The notes under the pieces are model-generated. The model ran no database searches and was not told the origin of the DNA. It saw nothing but the letters and a program-made list of their open reading frames with translations. Shown here in pieces: positions 39,727 through 50,271 of a stretch of 64,000 nt of DNA (position 1 is the first letter of the stretch; each line of letters begins with the position of its first letter). Source of the stretch: Alphaproteobacteria bacterium (GTDB lineage Bacteria > Pseudomonadota > Alphaproteobacteria > SP197); assembly GCA_964291415.2 (NCBI GenBank), contig OZ219917.1, forward strand, positions 768,001 to 832,000, given 5' to 3'. The position numbers were made by a program, and so were the translations under genes.

Positions 39727-40716
39727 ATGGCCCGACCCAAAAAACCCGTTGTCATTGTAACCAGAAAGCTCCCCGACGTCATCGAGACGCGCATGATGGA
39801 GTTGTTCGACACCAGGCTCAATGACGACGATCATCCAATGCCGCGCGAGGAACTGGCCGAGGCGGTCAGAACGGCCGACATTCTCGTGCCGACGCTCACC
39901 GACCGGATCGACAAGGGAATTCTGGCGCAGGCCGGAGACACCCTTAGACTGATCGCCAATTTCGGCACCGGTGTCGATCACATCGACCTTGCCGCGGCCC
40001 GCGAACGGGGCATTACGGTCACCAATACGCCGGGCGTCCTCACCGAGGACACCGCCGACATGACCATGGCCCTCATCCTCGACGTGATTCGCCGGGTGAG
40101 CCAGGGGGAACGGCTGATCCGCAATGGCATGTGGTCAGGATGGAGTCCCACCCACATGCTCGGCCACCGCCTGTGGGGCAAACGTCTTGGCATCGTCGGC
40201 ATGGGACGTATCGGATCGGCGGTGGCGCGCCGCGCCAGGGGGTTCGGCCTGTCGATCCATTACCACAACCGGCGGCGGCTGCCGGACTATGCCGAACAGG
40301 AACTCGAGGCGACCTGGTGGGAGAGTCTCGACCAGATGCTGGCCCGCATGGACATCGTCTCCGTCAACTGTCCCCACACGCCGGCGACATTCCATCTCCT
40401 GTCGGCCCGCCGTCTGAAGTTGCTGAAGCCGACATCCGTCATCGTCAACACCTCGCGCGGCGAGGTCATCGACGAGCAGGCGATGATCCGCATGCTCAAG
40501 GCCAACCAGATTGCCGGGGCCGGCCTCGATGTCTTCGAACACGAGCCCGCAGTCAGTCCGATGCTCGTGGCCCTGGAGAATGTGGTGTTGTTGCCGCACA
40601 TGGGCTCGGCGACGATCGAAGGCCGGATCGACATGGGCGAGAAGGTTCTCATCAACATCAAGACCTTCGCCGACGGCCACAAACCACCCGATCGCGTCAT
40701 CGACACACTCTTGTAG
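39727..40716 (+). CDS. D-2-hydroxyacid dehydrogenase (glyoxylate reductase-like)
   Basis: NTPGVLTEDTAD, GIVGMGRIG, NTSRG, LDVFEHEP, LPHMGSAT. Confidence 0.95.
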   Translation: MARPKKPVVIVTRKLPDVIETRMMELFDTRLNDDDHPMPREELAEAVRTADILVPTLTDRIDKGILAQAGDTLRLIANFGTGVDHIDLAAARERGITVTNTPGVLTEDTADMTMALILDVIRRVSQGERLIRNGMWSGWSPTHMLGHRLWGKRLGIVGMGRIGSAVARRARGFGLSIHYHNRRRLPDYAEQELEATWWESLDQMLARMDIVSVNCPHTPATFHLLSARRLKLLKPTSVIVNTSRGEVIDEQAMIRMLKANQIAGAGLDVFEHEPAVSPMLVALENVVLLPHMGSATIEGRIDMGEKVLINIKTFADGHKPPDRVIDTLL

Positions 40717-40737
40717 GCCCCATGGGATGGGTGCGTC

Positions 40738-41685
40738 TCAAGGTGTGCCCTGTCTTTCCGGTTGCTGGAAACGGACGGGAAACTGGTTGACGAGGTGGCG
40801 GGCGTAGTTCACCGGCTCGCCTGACGGTGGTACCACCACCGTTTCGAAGTCGGGTTCGATAAAGATTCCCATCGAGCACCGGTCGGCATCCTGCCCTCCC
40901 AGAACCTGGTGCGGCGTGGCCCGCAGGCGGCGGTTGCTCGGCACCTCCATGAGGTCGCCGCAGTGAACCGACAGCCCGTCGGTCACGACGGGTACATCGC
41001 GCCACGTCCCGTCCGGTCCCTGCATCTGAAGTCCGCCGATGCTGTCCTGCCAGATGATCGAGAGAATACCGGTATCGACGTGACAGGTCGTGATGACATG
41101 GGGGCCCTCGCCGGTTCCGGCGACGTCGCCATGAAGGAAGCGCAGGGTTGCGTTGCGTCCCCTTGCCGGTGAGACCATGACATCCTCTTCGAGACCCAGC
41201 CCCCGCGACACGGCAGCGAGCAGGGTCACGCCGACGTCACGCAGATCGTTGAGCATGGCAAGAGTTGCCTCGCGCCAGCCCGGCCAGGGTTCGTCGCCTG
41301 GCCAGATGTTGGGTTCGCGGAAGGACTCGGCGCCTGGCACGTCAGGCGATGTCATCGGCGGTTCGGGGCCGATGTCGAAGGATTCCCGCCTCGACCACGA
41401 TTCGTTGTCCGTCATGGGATAGTAGCCCCGGTAGATGTTCGGGTTATCCGGACGGAAGCGGCTGACGGCGCACGATTCCTTCGAGTCGTTCGCCATGTGG
41501 AAGAAGGCGCAGAGCCGGGAGGCCTGACGATCGATCCCCGGCCAGGCGCCGCGGGCGACAAAGCTGCCTTGAGTCTCGAGGGCGCGGGCGATGGCGCGGT
41601 CCGTTTTGACGCACGGGCCAGGTGACGGACCGAAGAGTGTTCCGACATCGATGATGGGGGTGTACTCCTGCGTCAGGCGGGTCAT
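40738..41685 (-). CDS. Isopenicillin N synthase-like Fe(II)/2OG oxygenase
   Basis: PIIDV, YRGY, PNIWP, HVD...GGLQ...ATPHQV...RCS. Confidence 0.88.
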   Translation of the reverse strand: MTRLTQEYTPIIDVGTLFGPSPGPCVKTDRAIARALETQGSFVARGAWPGIDRQASRLCAFFHMANDSKESCAVSRFRPDNPNIYRGYYPMTDNESWSRRESFDIGPEPPMTSPDVPGAESFREPNIWPGDEPWPGWREATLAMLNDLRDVGVTLLAAVSRGLGLEEDVMVSPARGRNATLRFLHGDVAGTGEGPHVITTCHVDTGILSIIWQDSIGGLQMQGPDGTWRDVPVVTDGLSVHCGDLMEVPSNRRLRATPHQVLGGQDADRCSMGIFIEPDFETVVVPPSGEPVNYARHLVNQFPVRFQQPERQGTP

Positions 41686-41704
41686 CGGATCCTCCCGTTC
41701 ACCT

Positions 41705-42094
41705 TCAGAAACTGACCATTTCGCCGTGGTCGATGGCGTGCATGAACGTCACGAGTCCCGCCACCTCGACATCGGTGTCGTCGCGCAGGGCGTTGGCATC
41801 CCATCCCGTTGCGCGCAAGCCACTCTCACACACGATGAAGGACACATCGAGTGCCCGGCATGCGTCCAGCAGGGTTTCGATGTCGGCCACACCCCTTGCC
41901 TTCATGTCGTCGTCTCGCGAAGCGCCGTCGAGGCGTCGCCACCCCTCGGAACCCAGGAGAAGTGGGACAGCATCCATGGTGACGAAAAGGACGACACGAC
42001 GATCGATGGAGGCGGCGGCCGCTGCCGTCATCAGCGCAACATGAGTGCGCAGGTAGTCGCCCGACAGGACGATGAGGCCAAGAGGGGGCTTCAC
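41705..42094 (-). CDS. DsrE/DsrF-like protein
   Basis: AAAAASIDRRVVLFVTM, LLDAC...IVCESGL. Confidence 0.75.
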   Translation of the reverse strand: MKPPLGLIVLSGDYLRTHVALMTAAAAASIDRRVVLFVTMDAVPLLLGSEGWRRLDGASRDDDMKARGVADIETLLDACRALDVSFIVCESGLRATGWDANALRDDTDVEVAGLVTFMHAIDHGEMVSF

Positions 42095-42095
42095 G

Positions 42096-43130
42096 TCAAC
42101 GGGCGACCTGCCGGTCGGGGTCAAACCAGGTTTCCGTGCGGCCGTCGACATGCATGCCGTCGTCGCCGTAATAGCGCCTCTGGTTCGCAACGACGGGCCG
42201 GGGCGGGTCTGCCCTCAGCCACAGGCGCAGGAGGAGGCGTTTCCTGTCGTCCTGCGGCCAGTCCTCGAAGGCGGTACGGGAATGGAGCACCGTGTAGTTG
42301 TTGATGAAGGAGGCCCATCCAGGGCGCAGGTGGAAGCGGAACTGCATCGCGTCACGTTCAAGCACCTCGGAAAACACATCGAGGGCCTCGCTTTGGCGCG
42401 CGTCGAGCGGAATGCCGGTTTCCTCGGCAGCCATGCGGATGAACTCGCGCAGGAAGACACACGAGAGTCGGCCCTCCTCGTAGCCGAAGACGGGAACGGG
42501 GTAGTCCGTCACCGTTCCCTGTCCGGGCGGCTGTTCGCCGAACCAGTGGTAGTGATACCCGGCGAAAAGCGGTTCCAGGAGATCGGGCCGGGAACGTGCG
42601 ATCTCGTTGTAGACGGCAACCGAACTCGCCAGCCGGCTCTCGCCCCCGGACTTCGCCTCGCGAAGGCACAGGAGGCTCACGATGTCGTCAGAATCCGTGT
42701 GGAGGGCGAGCTCCATGGCGCTGCGGTATCCGCGCTCCCGCTTGCCGGGTTTGGACACGTCGGTCACATAGCCGAGCCGGTCACCCATCGGACTCTGCGA
42801 GACACCATGCCCGAAGCCGGCGCCAAAGGCCCAGTAGGCCATGCCCAGCTCGTCATGGGTCATCTCGTCCACGGGCCAGCCGCGGACCAGGACAAGACCG
42901 CGCCCTTCCATCAGCTCATGACGCAACGCCCGAAGATCCTCGGCGATCTCCGGCATGGCCGTCTCCGCCTCCGTCAGTTCCTGAAGGGACCGCCCGGAAT
43001 CCCGCGCCCGGTGGATAACGGACCACAAGGCATCCCGGTGCCGATCCTCGAGATCGAAGGAGACATCGTCGGGACCGGCGAAATCGCTCCCCTTCCATGC
43101 AGATGGATGGTCGATGATCGCGGTGTGCAC
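42096..43130 (-). CDS. TauD/TfdA family dioxygenase
   Basis: LHTDSDDIVSLLCL, SGGESRLAS, NNYTVLHSRT, RLLLRLWL. Confidence 0.9.
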   Translation of the reverse strand: MHTAIIDHPSAWKGSDFAGPDDVSFDLEDRHRDALWSVIHRARDSGRSLQELTEAETAMPEIAEDLRALRHELMEGRGLVLVRGWPVDEMTHDELGMAYWAFGAGFGHGVSQSPMGDRLGYVTDVSKPGKRERGYRSAMELALHTDSDDIVSLLCLREAKSGGESRLASSVAVYNEIARSRPDLLEPLFAGYHYHWFGEQPPGQGTVTDYPVPVFGYEEGRLSCVFLREFIRMAAEETGIPLDARQSEALDVFSEVLERDAMQFRFHLRPGWASFINNYTVLHSRTAFEDWPQDDRKRLLLRLWLRADPPRPVVANQRRYYGDDGMHVDGRTETWFDPDRQVAR

Positions 43131-43469
43131 TCTCTGGCCTCCCTCTGCACTGCTTGCCGGAGAAGTATGCGTCCACAGCCGGTTCAATTCCAGCATCCCC
43201 CGGCGTCCTTGCGGAACAGCGCCAACGCCGTCGGGACCTTGGTCAACCGGCGTGCGCCGACTTCGACCTCACAGCCAGGGAAACCTTGTTGTTGGCGATC
43301 GAAGACGGCTGGTTGGGGACAACGCGGATTGTCTTGCCCCGGCGGTGGAGTCAGGGACGTCGGGCACAGGTCGACATCGACGCCATGGTGCACCGGTAGT
43401 ACGCTGGAATCGGAATCGGCATGGTCCGGACGGGCCATGCCGCACAGGCGATGACATGTGGACAATGGC

Positions 43470-46400
43470 ATGACGAATCACCGGCCGGAGGGATCGGCAG
43501 GCGGCGTACGCATCGGCATCGACATCGGCGGGACCTTTACGGACGTGGTGCTGGAACGCGACGGTGTCCGTCATGCCACCAAGACCCTGACGACGGCGGC
43601 GCCCGCCGAGGGATTCATGGCCGGCCTCAGGGAGGTGATGGATGCTTCAGGCGCCGTTGCCGGTGACGTCGGTCTCGTTCTTCACGGCACGACCCTGGCG
43701 ACCAACGCGCTCATCGAGCGCAAGGGTGCCGTGACGGCGCTCTTCGTCACCGAAGGTCACCGGGATTCCCTGGAGATCGCCTACGAGAACCGGTTCGATC
43801 AGTACGACATCCTGGCCGATCGCTCCCGTCCCCTGGTGCCGCGACGCCTGAGACTGCCGGTGCCCGAACGGATCAATGCCAGGGGCGAGGTGCTGGTGCC
43901 GCTCGATGAAGAGGCCGTCACGGCGTGGATCGACCGCCTCGGCGATCTCGGTGTCGAGAGCGCCGCCGTCGGCCTGCTTCACGCCTACGCCAATCCGCAG
44001 CACGAACGGCGTATTGCCGCCATGATCGCCGAACGGTTGCCCCATGTGGCCGTCTCTGTTTCCAGCGACGTCTGCCCGGAAATCAGGGAGTACGAACGCC
44101 AGACGACAACCGTGGCGAACGCCTACATCAAGCCGGTCATGGCCGCCTACCTCGCCGATGTGGAACAGGCCCTCGAAGAGGCGGGATTCACCTGCCCGTG
44201 CCTCCTCATGACCTCGGGTGGCAGCCTTGTCACCATCCCGACGGCACGGGCGTACCCGGTCCGGCTCATCGAGTCGGGCCCTGCGGGAGGGGCGATTCTG
44301 GCCGGTCGCATTGCGCGGACCATGGGTGATGACCAGGTCGTCAGCTTCGACATGGGGGGCACCACGGCCAAGATCTGCCTTCTTGATCACGGCGAACCGC
44401 TGCTGGGCCGCCATTTCGAGGTCGACCGGGCCCATCGCTTCATGAAGGGAAGCGGCATTCCGCTCAAGATTCCCGTCGTGGAGATGGTCGAGATCGGGGC
44501 CGGGGGTGGTTCCATCGCGTCGGTTGACCAGCTCGGCAGGATCCAGGTGGGCCCGCAGAGCGCCGGCGCCGAACCCGGGCCCGCATGCTATGGCAGGGGC
44601 GGCGCCGACCCAGCGGTCACGGATGCCAACCTGACCCTGGGCCGCCTCGATGCGGCGGACTTCGCCGGAGGCGCCTTCGACCTTGATCCGCAGGCCGCGG
44701 CGAAGGCGATCCTGGATGGCGTCGGCAGGCCGCTGTCGCAGGATGCCATCGAGGCGGCGCTGGGCGTCGTCGAGATCGTTGACGAGAACATGGCCGCGGC
44801 AGCCCGCGTGCACGCGATCGAACGCGGCAAGGAGATCGAGAACCGAACCATGATCGCCTTCGGCGGAGCAGCGCCCGTGCATGCCCTGCGCGTCGCCGAG
44901 AAACTGGGCATCCGCAAGGTCGTCGTTCCGGTCAATGCCGGCGTGGGGTCGGCCGTGGGCCTGCTGCTTGCTCCGGTCGCCTATGAGGTGGTGCGCAGCC
45001 ACTACCAGCGCCTTTCCCGCTTCGATGCCTCCATCCTCAACACCCTCTTCGCCACCATGAGCGCCGAGGCGCTCAACGTGGTGACCCAGGGTGCGCCAGG
45101 GCAGGCGGTGAGCGAGCATCGTCACGCCTATGCCCGCTACATCGGTCAGGGCCACGAAATTCGCATCGATCTTCCGAACCGGACGCTCACCGGTGAGGAT
45201 GCAGCGTGGATTGCCGAGGCCTTCGAGGACGCCTATCGACGGCAGTTCGGCCGGACGGTTCCGGGTCTCGAGGTCGAGGTGCTGACCTGGTCGCTGACCG
45301 CGGTGGCAGGTGCGGCCCGTTCTCCCGCCGGCCGGATGGCGCCGGCGACGATTGCGGACGACGGTGCGAGGGCGTTCCGCGGAATCGTCTTCCCCGGCGA
45401 CGAAGAGGCGAGCAGGACCGCCGTTCTCCCACGCCATGCGCTGACATCGGGAGAGGCGGTGACCGGTCCCGCGGCGATCGTCGAAACCCAGACCACGACT
45501 ATCGTGTCGCCCGGTTGGCAGGGCTCTCTCGATGCAGACGGACATCTCGTGTTCGAGCATGGCAGGGATGTCACTGCTCACCTGGTGGCGGGGCTGCGGC
45601 ACCAGGTCCTGTGGGACCGGCTCATTGCTGCCGTCGAGGAGCAGGCGCAGGCAATCATCCGCACGGCCTTTTCCACAACCGTGCGCGAAGCCGGCGATTT
45701 GTCTGCAGGCATCTTCGACCTCCAGGGCCGCATGCTTGCCCAGGCGGTGACCGGGACACCCGGCCACGTCAACGCGATGCCTGCGGCGGTCGGATTCTTC
45801 CTCGAAAAGTATCCCGTCTCGTCCATGAAAGAGGGTGACGTCTTCGTGACCAATGATCCCTGGCACGGCACCGGGCACCTCTTCGACTTCACGGTCGTGA
45901 CCCCGTGTTTTCGCAACGGCGCCGCGGTGGGGCTCTTTGCCTCGACGGTGCATGTCGTCGACATCGGGGGGCCCGGTTTCGGTCCCGATTCGGGCCAGGT
46001 GTACGAGGAGGGCCTGTGCATTCCGATCATGCGCCTCTTCGATGGTGGCGAGGCCAACGAGAGCGTGTTCGAGATCATCCGGGCGAATGTGAGGGAACCG
46101 GTCCAGGTTGTCGGCGACCTCTACTCGCTCGCCACGAGCAATGACGTCGGCTGCCGGCGCCTGAGGGAACTGATGGACGAGTTCTCCATGAACGGACTCG
46201 AGGAGATTGCCGACCACATCATCACGACGTCGAAGAGCGCCATGCTGGAGATCATCGGCGCGCTTCCGCATGGAACCTGGACCCATGCGATGACGGTCGA
46301 CGGTTACGACGACCCGGTGGACCTCAGGGCATCGCTGACGGTATCGCGCGACGGCATCGACATCGACTTTGCCGGGACGTCACCCATGTCGCCCTACGGA

Positions 46401-47174
46401 ATCAACGTGCCGATTACCTATACCCAGGCCTACGCCACCTTCGGCCTGCGGTCCGTCGTCGGCCGCGACGTTCCCAACAACACGGGCTCCCTGGAGACGG
46501 TCAGGGTGACGGCGCCGGAGCACTCCATCCTCAATGCACCGCGGCCGGCGGCCGTCACCGTGCGCCATGTCATTGGCCAGATGCTGCCCGACGTGGTTCT
46601 GGGCTGTCTCGGCCAGGCCTTGCCCGGTCGGGTTCCGGCCGAGGGGAGTTCGAGTCTGTGGAACCCCTCGTTCATTGGCGGTCACGGCGTTACCGGAAGC
46701 CACGACTACGGTGACGCCACGCCATTCTCCGTCACTGTCTTTCATTCCGGAGGCACCGGCGCCAGACCTGGAAAGGATGGTCTGTCGGCGACGGCATTTC
46801 CTTCGGGTGTCAGGAACACGCCGGTCGAGATCACCGAATCCATCTCTCCCCTGATCTTCACCCGCAAGGAACTGCTCGAGGGCTCCGGCGGCGAGGGCAG
46901 GTACCGCGGCGGAGATGGACAGGTCATCGAGGTGGAGCACGCCGAAGGCGCTCCCTTCGCGGTCCTGGCGCTGTTCGACCGCATCGATCATCCCGCCCGC
47001 GGCCGTGACGGCGGCGGCAGCGGCGCACCCGGAGCGATCCGCCTTGCCAGCGGAGCGGATCTCAAGGGCAAGGGGAAACAGATCGTGCCCTCAGGAGAAC
47101 GGCTCATACTCGAACTCCCGGGAGGTGGCGGCCTGGGAGAGGCCGGGCGCGGCGAGCCCGATGCCGCCGGCTGA
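43470..47174 (+). CDS. Fused hydantoinase A+B / 5-oxoprolinase family protein
   Basis: A part: DIGGTFTD, HGTTLATNA, ESGPAGG, DMGGTT, IGAGGGS. B part: REAGDLSA, NDPWHGTGH, EEG, TPVE, GRYRGG, PGGGG. Confidence 0.93.
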   Translation: MTNHRPEGSAGGVRIGIDIGGTFTDVVLERDGVRHATKTLTTAAPAEGFMAGLREVMDASGAVAGDVGLVLHGTTLATNALIERKGAVTALFVTEGHRDSLEIAYENRFDQYDILADRSRPLVPRRLRLPVPERINARGEVLVPLDEEAVTAWIDRLGDLGVESAAVGLLHAYANPQHERRIAAMIAERLPHVAVSVSSDVCPEIREYERQTTTVANAYIKPVMAAYLADVEQALEEAGFTCPCLLMTSGGSLVTIPTARAYPVRLIESGPAGGAILAGRIARTMGDDQVVSFDMGGTTAKICLLDHGEPLLGRHFEVDRAHRFMKGSGIPLKIPVVEMVEIGAGGGSIASVDQLGRIQVGPQSAGAEPGPACYGRGGADPAVTDANLTLGRLDAADFAGGAFDLDPQAAAKAILDGVGRPLSQDAIEAALGVVEIVDENMAAAARVHAIERGKEIENRTMIAFGGAAPVHALRVAEKLGIRKVVVPVNAGVGSAVGLLLAPVAYEVVRSHYQRLSRFDASILNTLFATMSAEALNVVTQGAPGQAVSEHRHAYARYIGQGHEIRIDLPNRTLTGEDAAWIAEAFEDAYRRQFGRTVPGLEVEVLTWSLTAVAGAARSPAGRMAPATIADDGARAFRGIVFPGDEEASRTAVLPRHALTSGEAVTGPAAIVETQTTTIVSPGWQGSLDADGHLVFEHGRDVTAHLVAGLRHQVLWDRLIAAVEEQAQAIIRTAFSTTVREAGDLSAGIFDLQGRMLAQAVTGTPGHVNAMPAAVGFFLEKYPVSSMKEGDVFVTNDPWHGTGHLFDFTVVTPCFRNGAAVGLFASTVHVVDIGGPGFGPDSGQVYEEGLCIPIMRLFDGGEANESVFEIIRANVREPVQVVGDLYSLATSNDVGCRRLRELMDEFSMNGLEEIADHIITTSKSAMLEIIGALPHGTWTHAMTVDGYDDPVDLRASLTVSRDGIDIDFAGTSPMSPYGINVPITYTQAYATFGLRSVVGRDVPNNTGSLETVRVTAPEHSILNAPRPAAVTVRHVIGQMLPDVVLGCLGQALPGRVPAEGSSSLWNPSFIGGHGVTGSHDYGDATPFSVTVFHSGGTGARPGKDGLSATAFPSGVRNTPVEITESISPLIFTRKELLEGSGGEGRYRGGDGQVIEVEHAEGAPFAVLALFDRIDHPARGRDGGGSGAPGAIRLASGADLKGKGKQIVPSGERLILELPGGGGLGEAGRGEPDAAG

Positions 47175-48759
47175 TCCCTCCGTGGTGCGCCTGCCCCGGG
47201 ATATCCGGCGCATCGGCGCCTGCGTGTCCTTCCATGCCGCCCGCGGGAGTGATCGTGAAGCGGCTGTCGCCGGCGAGGTCAGGATGACCTACCGGGACCT
47301 CGACCGGAAGGTGCAGCGCTGGGCGAAGGCCTTTCTCGCCGCCGGACTGGAACACGGCGACCGGGTGGCCATGCTGGCGCCGGCCTCGACGGAGTGGCTG
47401 GCGGTCATGCTCGCGGTCACCGACATCGGAGCCATCTGGACGGGGTTCCATCCACGCTACCGGCTGCCGGAATTCCGTCATGTCACGGCGCTGTCTGGCC
47501 CGAAGGTCCTCGTCGCCTTTCGCCGCATCCACGGCAGGGACTACGCCACGGAGCTCCGCGCGTTGCGGGCCGAGACGCCGACTCTCGTCGACATGGTGAT
47601 GATCGACGAGCCGCTCGACGATGCGACCATGGCCGGGACATTCCTTGAAGCGGGCGATCGCATCAGCGACCTCGAACTCGAGCGCCACCGGGATGCCGTG
47701 ACGGTCGACGACACGGCGGTTCTCATCTTCACATCCGGCACCACGGGCCGGCCCAAGGCGGCCATGGTCCGCCACCGGGCACTCCTTGTCGGCGCCATGG
47801 TCCAGAACGAGCACTGGCCCATGACACAGCCCCGTCTTCTTCACATGATGCCCGTCAACCACATCGCCGGGATCGGCATGACCGCCGTCTTCGCCCTGTG
47901 GACAGGCGGAACCCTCGTCTTCCAGTCCAGGTTCGAGGCGGGCGATCTCTTGCGTCTGATCGAGGAGGAACGGATCGATCACGTCCTGGGATCGCCGGTT
48001 CAGTTTCACATGATGGCCCATCACGCGGACATGGAGCGCCGAGACCTTGGAAGCCTGAAGTTCGTCACGTGGGGAGGCGCACCGATGGCTGCGTCCCTGG
48101 TGGAGAGGCTGAACAGGCTGCCGGGCCACCTGTGCACCAGTTTCGGCATGACCGAACTCGGGCTCTACGTCACCTTCACCAGGCCCGATGACGATTTCGA
48201 GGTCCTGAGCAGCACCATCGGCAAGCCGCACACCGGTTTCGACATCCGCATTGCCGATGCCGACGGAGACCTCACGCCGCCGGGAGGCCGCGGAGAGATC
48301 CAGGCACGGGGGCCCTGGCTTCTCGCCGGTTACTGGGGCGATGAAGAGGCGACGCGTCAGGCCTATACGGCCGACGGCTGGTTTCGCACCGGCGACGTCG
48401 TGCGGGTGCGCGAGGACGGCAACCTGGAGATCGTCGGGCGCACGAAGGAGATGTACATCTCCGGCGGATTCAACATCTATCCGCGCGAAATCGAAGTGGC
48501 TCTCGAGGAACATCCCGACGTCGGACTCGTGGCCGTCATGGGTGTTCCCCACGAGGTATTCGGCGAGGTTGGCCACGCGTTTGTCGAACCCCTTCCCGGT
48601 GCTCGGCCCGTGACCGGCGACCTCGATCTCTGGTGCCGCGAACGCCTTGCCAACTACAAGGTGCCCAAGACCTTCGAGATCGATCATGAACTGCCGCGCC
48701 TGCCCATCGGGAAGATCGACAAGCAGGCCCTCAAGCAGCGCCTGGAGGCCAGGAGATGA
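47161..48759 (+). CDS. AMP-binding acyl-CoA synthetase
   Basis: IFTSGTTGRPK, FGMTE, WFRTGD, NYKVPK, GKIDK. Confidence 0.93.
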   Translation: MPPADPSVVRLPRDIRRIGACVSFHAARGSDREAAVAGEVRMTYRDLDRKVQRWAKAFLAAGLEHGDRVAMLAPASTEWLAVMLAVTDIGAIWTGFHPRYRLPEFRHVTALSGPKVLVAFRRIHGRDYATELRALRAETPTLVDMVMIDEPLDDATMAGTFLEAGDRISDLELERHRDAVTVDDTAVLIFTSGTTGRPKAAMVRHRALLVGAMVQNEHWPMTQPRLLHMMPVNHIAGIGMTAVFALWTGGTLVFQSRFEAGDLLRLIEEERIDHVLGSPVQFHMMAHHADMERRDLGSLKFVTWGGAPMAASLVERLNRLPGHLCTSFGMTELGLYVTFTRPDDDFEVLSSTIGKPHTGFDIRIADADGDLTPPGGRGEIQARGPWLLAGYWGDEEATRQAYTADGWFRTGDVVRVREDGNLEIVGRTKEMYISGGFNIYPREIEVALEEHPDVGLVAVMGVPHEVFGEVGHAFVEPLPGARPVTGDLDLWCRERLANYKVPKTFEIDHELPRLPIGKIDKQALKQRLEARR

Positions 48760-49670
48760 CACAGGATGGACCCGTCCCCCAGCATGACATCGCCGGACTG
48801 AAAGAGAGTGTGACACGCCATGGATTCGGCATGTATCTCGATGCCGTCGACCAGGAGACGACGGCGGCCATCCGTGAACGTGTCCTGGAGCAGGCGGCCG
48901 CCGAACGGCAGGTCAACCTCCACATCACCAACTCTGCCGTCGAACCCGAAGACAGCGTCAACCAGTGGGTTGCCTTCCTGCCCAACAAGGGATCCGTCTT
49001 CAGGCGCCTCATCAACAACCTCCCGTGCCTCGACATCGTTCGCTTCGTTCTGGGAGAAGAGGCCATCCTGTCGGAGTTTTCCGCCCACATCACGTGGCCC
49101 GGCAACCGGGAGATGCCGCTTCACATCGACCAGTGGTTCATGCCCCATCCGGTTGATCCCGGCGCGGACTATCCGCGTCCCTCCGACATCACGCGAAGCC
49201 GCCAGCGCTGTGGCGACCCTGTGCCCGCCACGGGCCCCGTCAACCCGCCGGTGGTCTGCAACGTCATGTTTGCCATCACGGACTTCACCGTGGCGAACGG
49301 CGCCACCCGCCTGGTTCCGGGGAGCCACCTCTCGGGCTGTCATCCCGATCCCGCAGGGCGCTACGCATCAGTCCATGCCGAGGTCCCCGCCGGCAGCTTC
49401 GTCGTCTGGGAGGGCCGCACCTGGCATGCCGCGAGCCTCAACACCGGAACCGGCCCCCGTATCGGCATCACCACGTACTGGTCGGCGCCCTTCCTGCGCC
49501 AGCTGCTCAACTTCCCGTATGGTCTGCGCCCGGAAGTCGCATCCGATCTCACCGAGCACGAGCGCGGCCTGATGGGTTTCAGAACCTGGAGCACCTACGG
49601 CACCAGCGACGATTTCGAGTCCGAGTGGGCCCGGCCCGGCTCCGACAACACAGGTCCGCTTCCCCGCTGA
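48756..49670 (+). CDS. PhyH (phytanoyl-CoA dioxygenase) family protein
   Basis: LHIDQ, DFTVANGATRLVPGSH, WHAA. Confidence 0.9.
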   Translation: MTQDGPVPQHDIAGLKESVTRHGFGMYLDAVDQETTAAIRERVLEQAAAERQVNLHITNSAVEPEDSVNQWVAFLPNKGSVFRRLINNLPCLDIVRFVLGEEAILSEFSAHITWPGNREMPLHIDQWFMPHPVDPGADYPRPSDITRSRQRCGDPVPATGPVNPPVVCNVMFAITDFTVANGATRLVPGSHLSGCHPDPAGRYASVHAEVPAGSFVVWEGRTWHAASLNTGTGPRIGITTYWSAPFLRQLLNFPYGLRPEVASDLTEHERGLMGFRTWSTYGTSDDFESEWARPGSDNTGPLPR

Positions 49671-50005
49671 TCAGCACATGGCATCGGCGCATGGCGCGTC
49701 ACGGATTTGCCCGAGGCAGCCAACTCCAGCCTCGGGCACGTGAACAATGTCCGCAAAGGCGCTGCTCTACCGGGAATGCGCCGAGATACGCGGGGAAGGT
49801 CTCGTCCTTGTTCAGCCGGATGCGCTACTGAGGTCCTGGCCCGACGACTGCTGCCTGCAGGCCGGTCATCATATCGGATATACGGTTCTCCAGGGGATCA
49901 GTTGCGCCATCGCCTGCCGGGAAGCCGCGCAATCTCCACGCGCGAACTGCGCATCAAGCACGGTCAGCCATTGGTTCGGTTTGCACTGCGCCATTCCTCA
50001 GGCGG

Positions 50006-50040
50006 TTGACATGTTCCACACATGAATTCATGTTTGCAAC
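50006..50040 (+). promoter_or_regulatory. Promoter/operator of the vapBC module
   Basis: TTGACA 50006-50011 and a perfect palindrome ACATGAATTCATGT at 50020-50033. Confidence 0.6.
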
Positions 50041-50271
50041 ATGAACGCGATGATTCAGATTCGCAATGTGCCGGAGTCGCTGCACCGCCGGCTCAAGGCG
50101 CGTGCCGCCATGGAAGGCGTTTCGATGTCCCGCTATGTCCTGCGGGAGATTGAACGGTCGCTGGAACGGCCGACACGGCGGGAGCTGCTCGAGGCCATCG
50201 CCTTGCAGCCGGACAGGGTTCTGGATCCGTCGCCGGCCGAAATCCTGCGAGAGGAACGGGACCGCCGTTGA
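50041..50271 (+). CDS. FitA-like ribbon-helix-helix antitoxin
   Basis: IQIRNVPESLHRRLKARAAMEGVSMSRY. Confidence 0.88.
   Translation: MNAMIQIRNVPESLHRRLKARAAMEGVSMSRYVLREIERSLERPTRRELLEAIALQPDRVLDPSPAEILREERDRR

Noticed and set aside
39726-39729. CATG shared by possible head-to-head starts of the SH3 and dehydrogenase genes
   Set aside because: A downstream GTG (39683) fits the signal peptide better, so the overlap is unsupported.
43647-46286. 879-aa minus-strand ORF, and similar ones at 53040-55061, 55031-56923 and 31498-33615
   Set aside because: Antisense shadows of well-supported genes.
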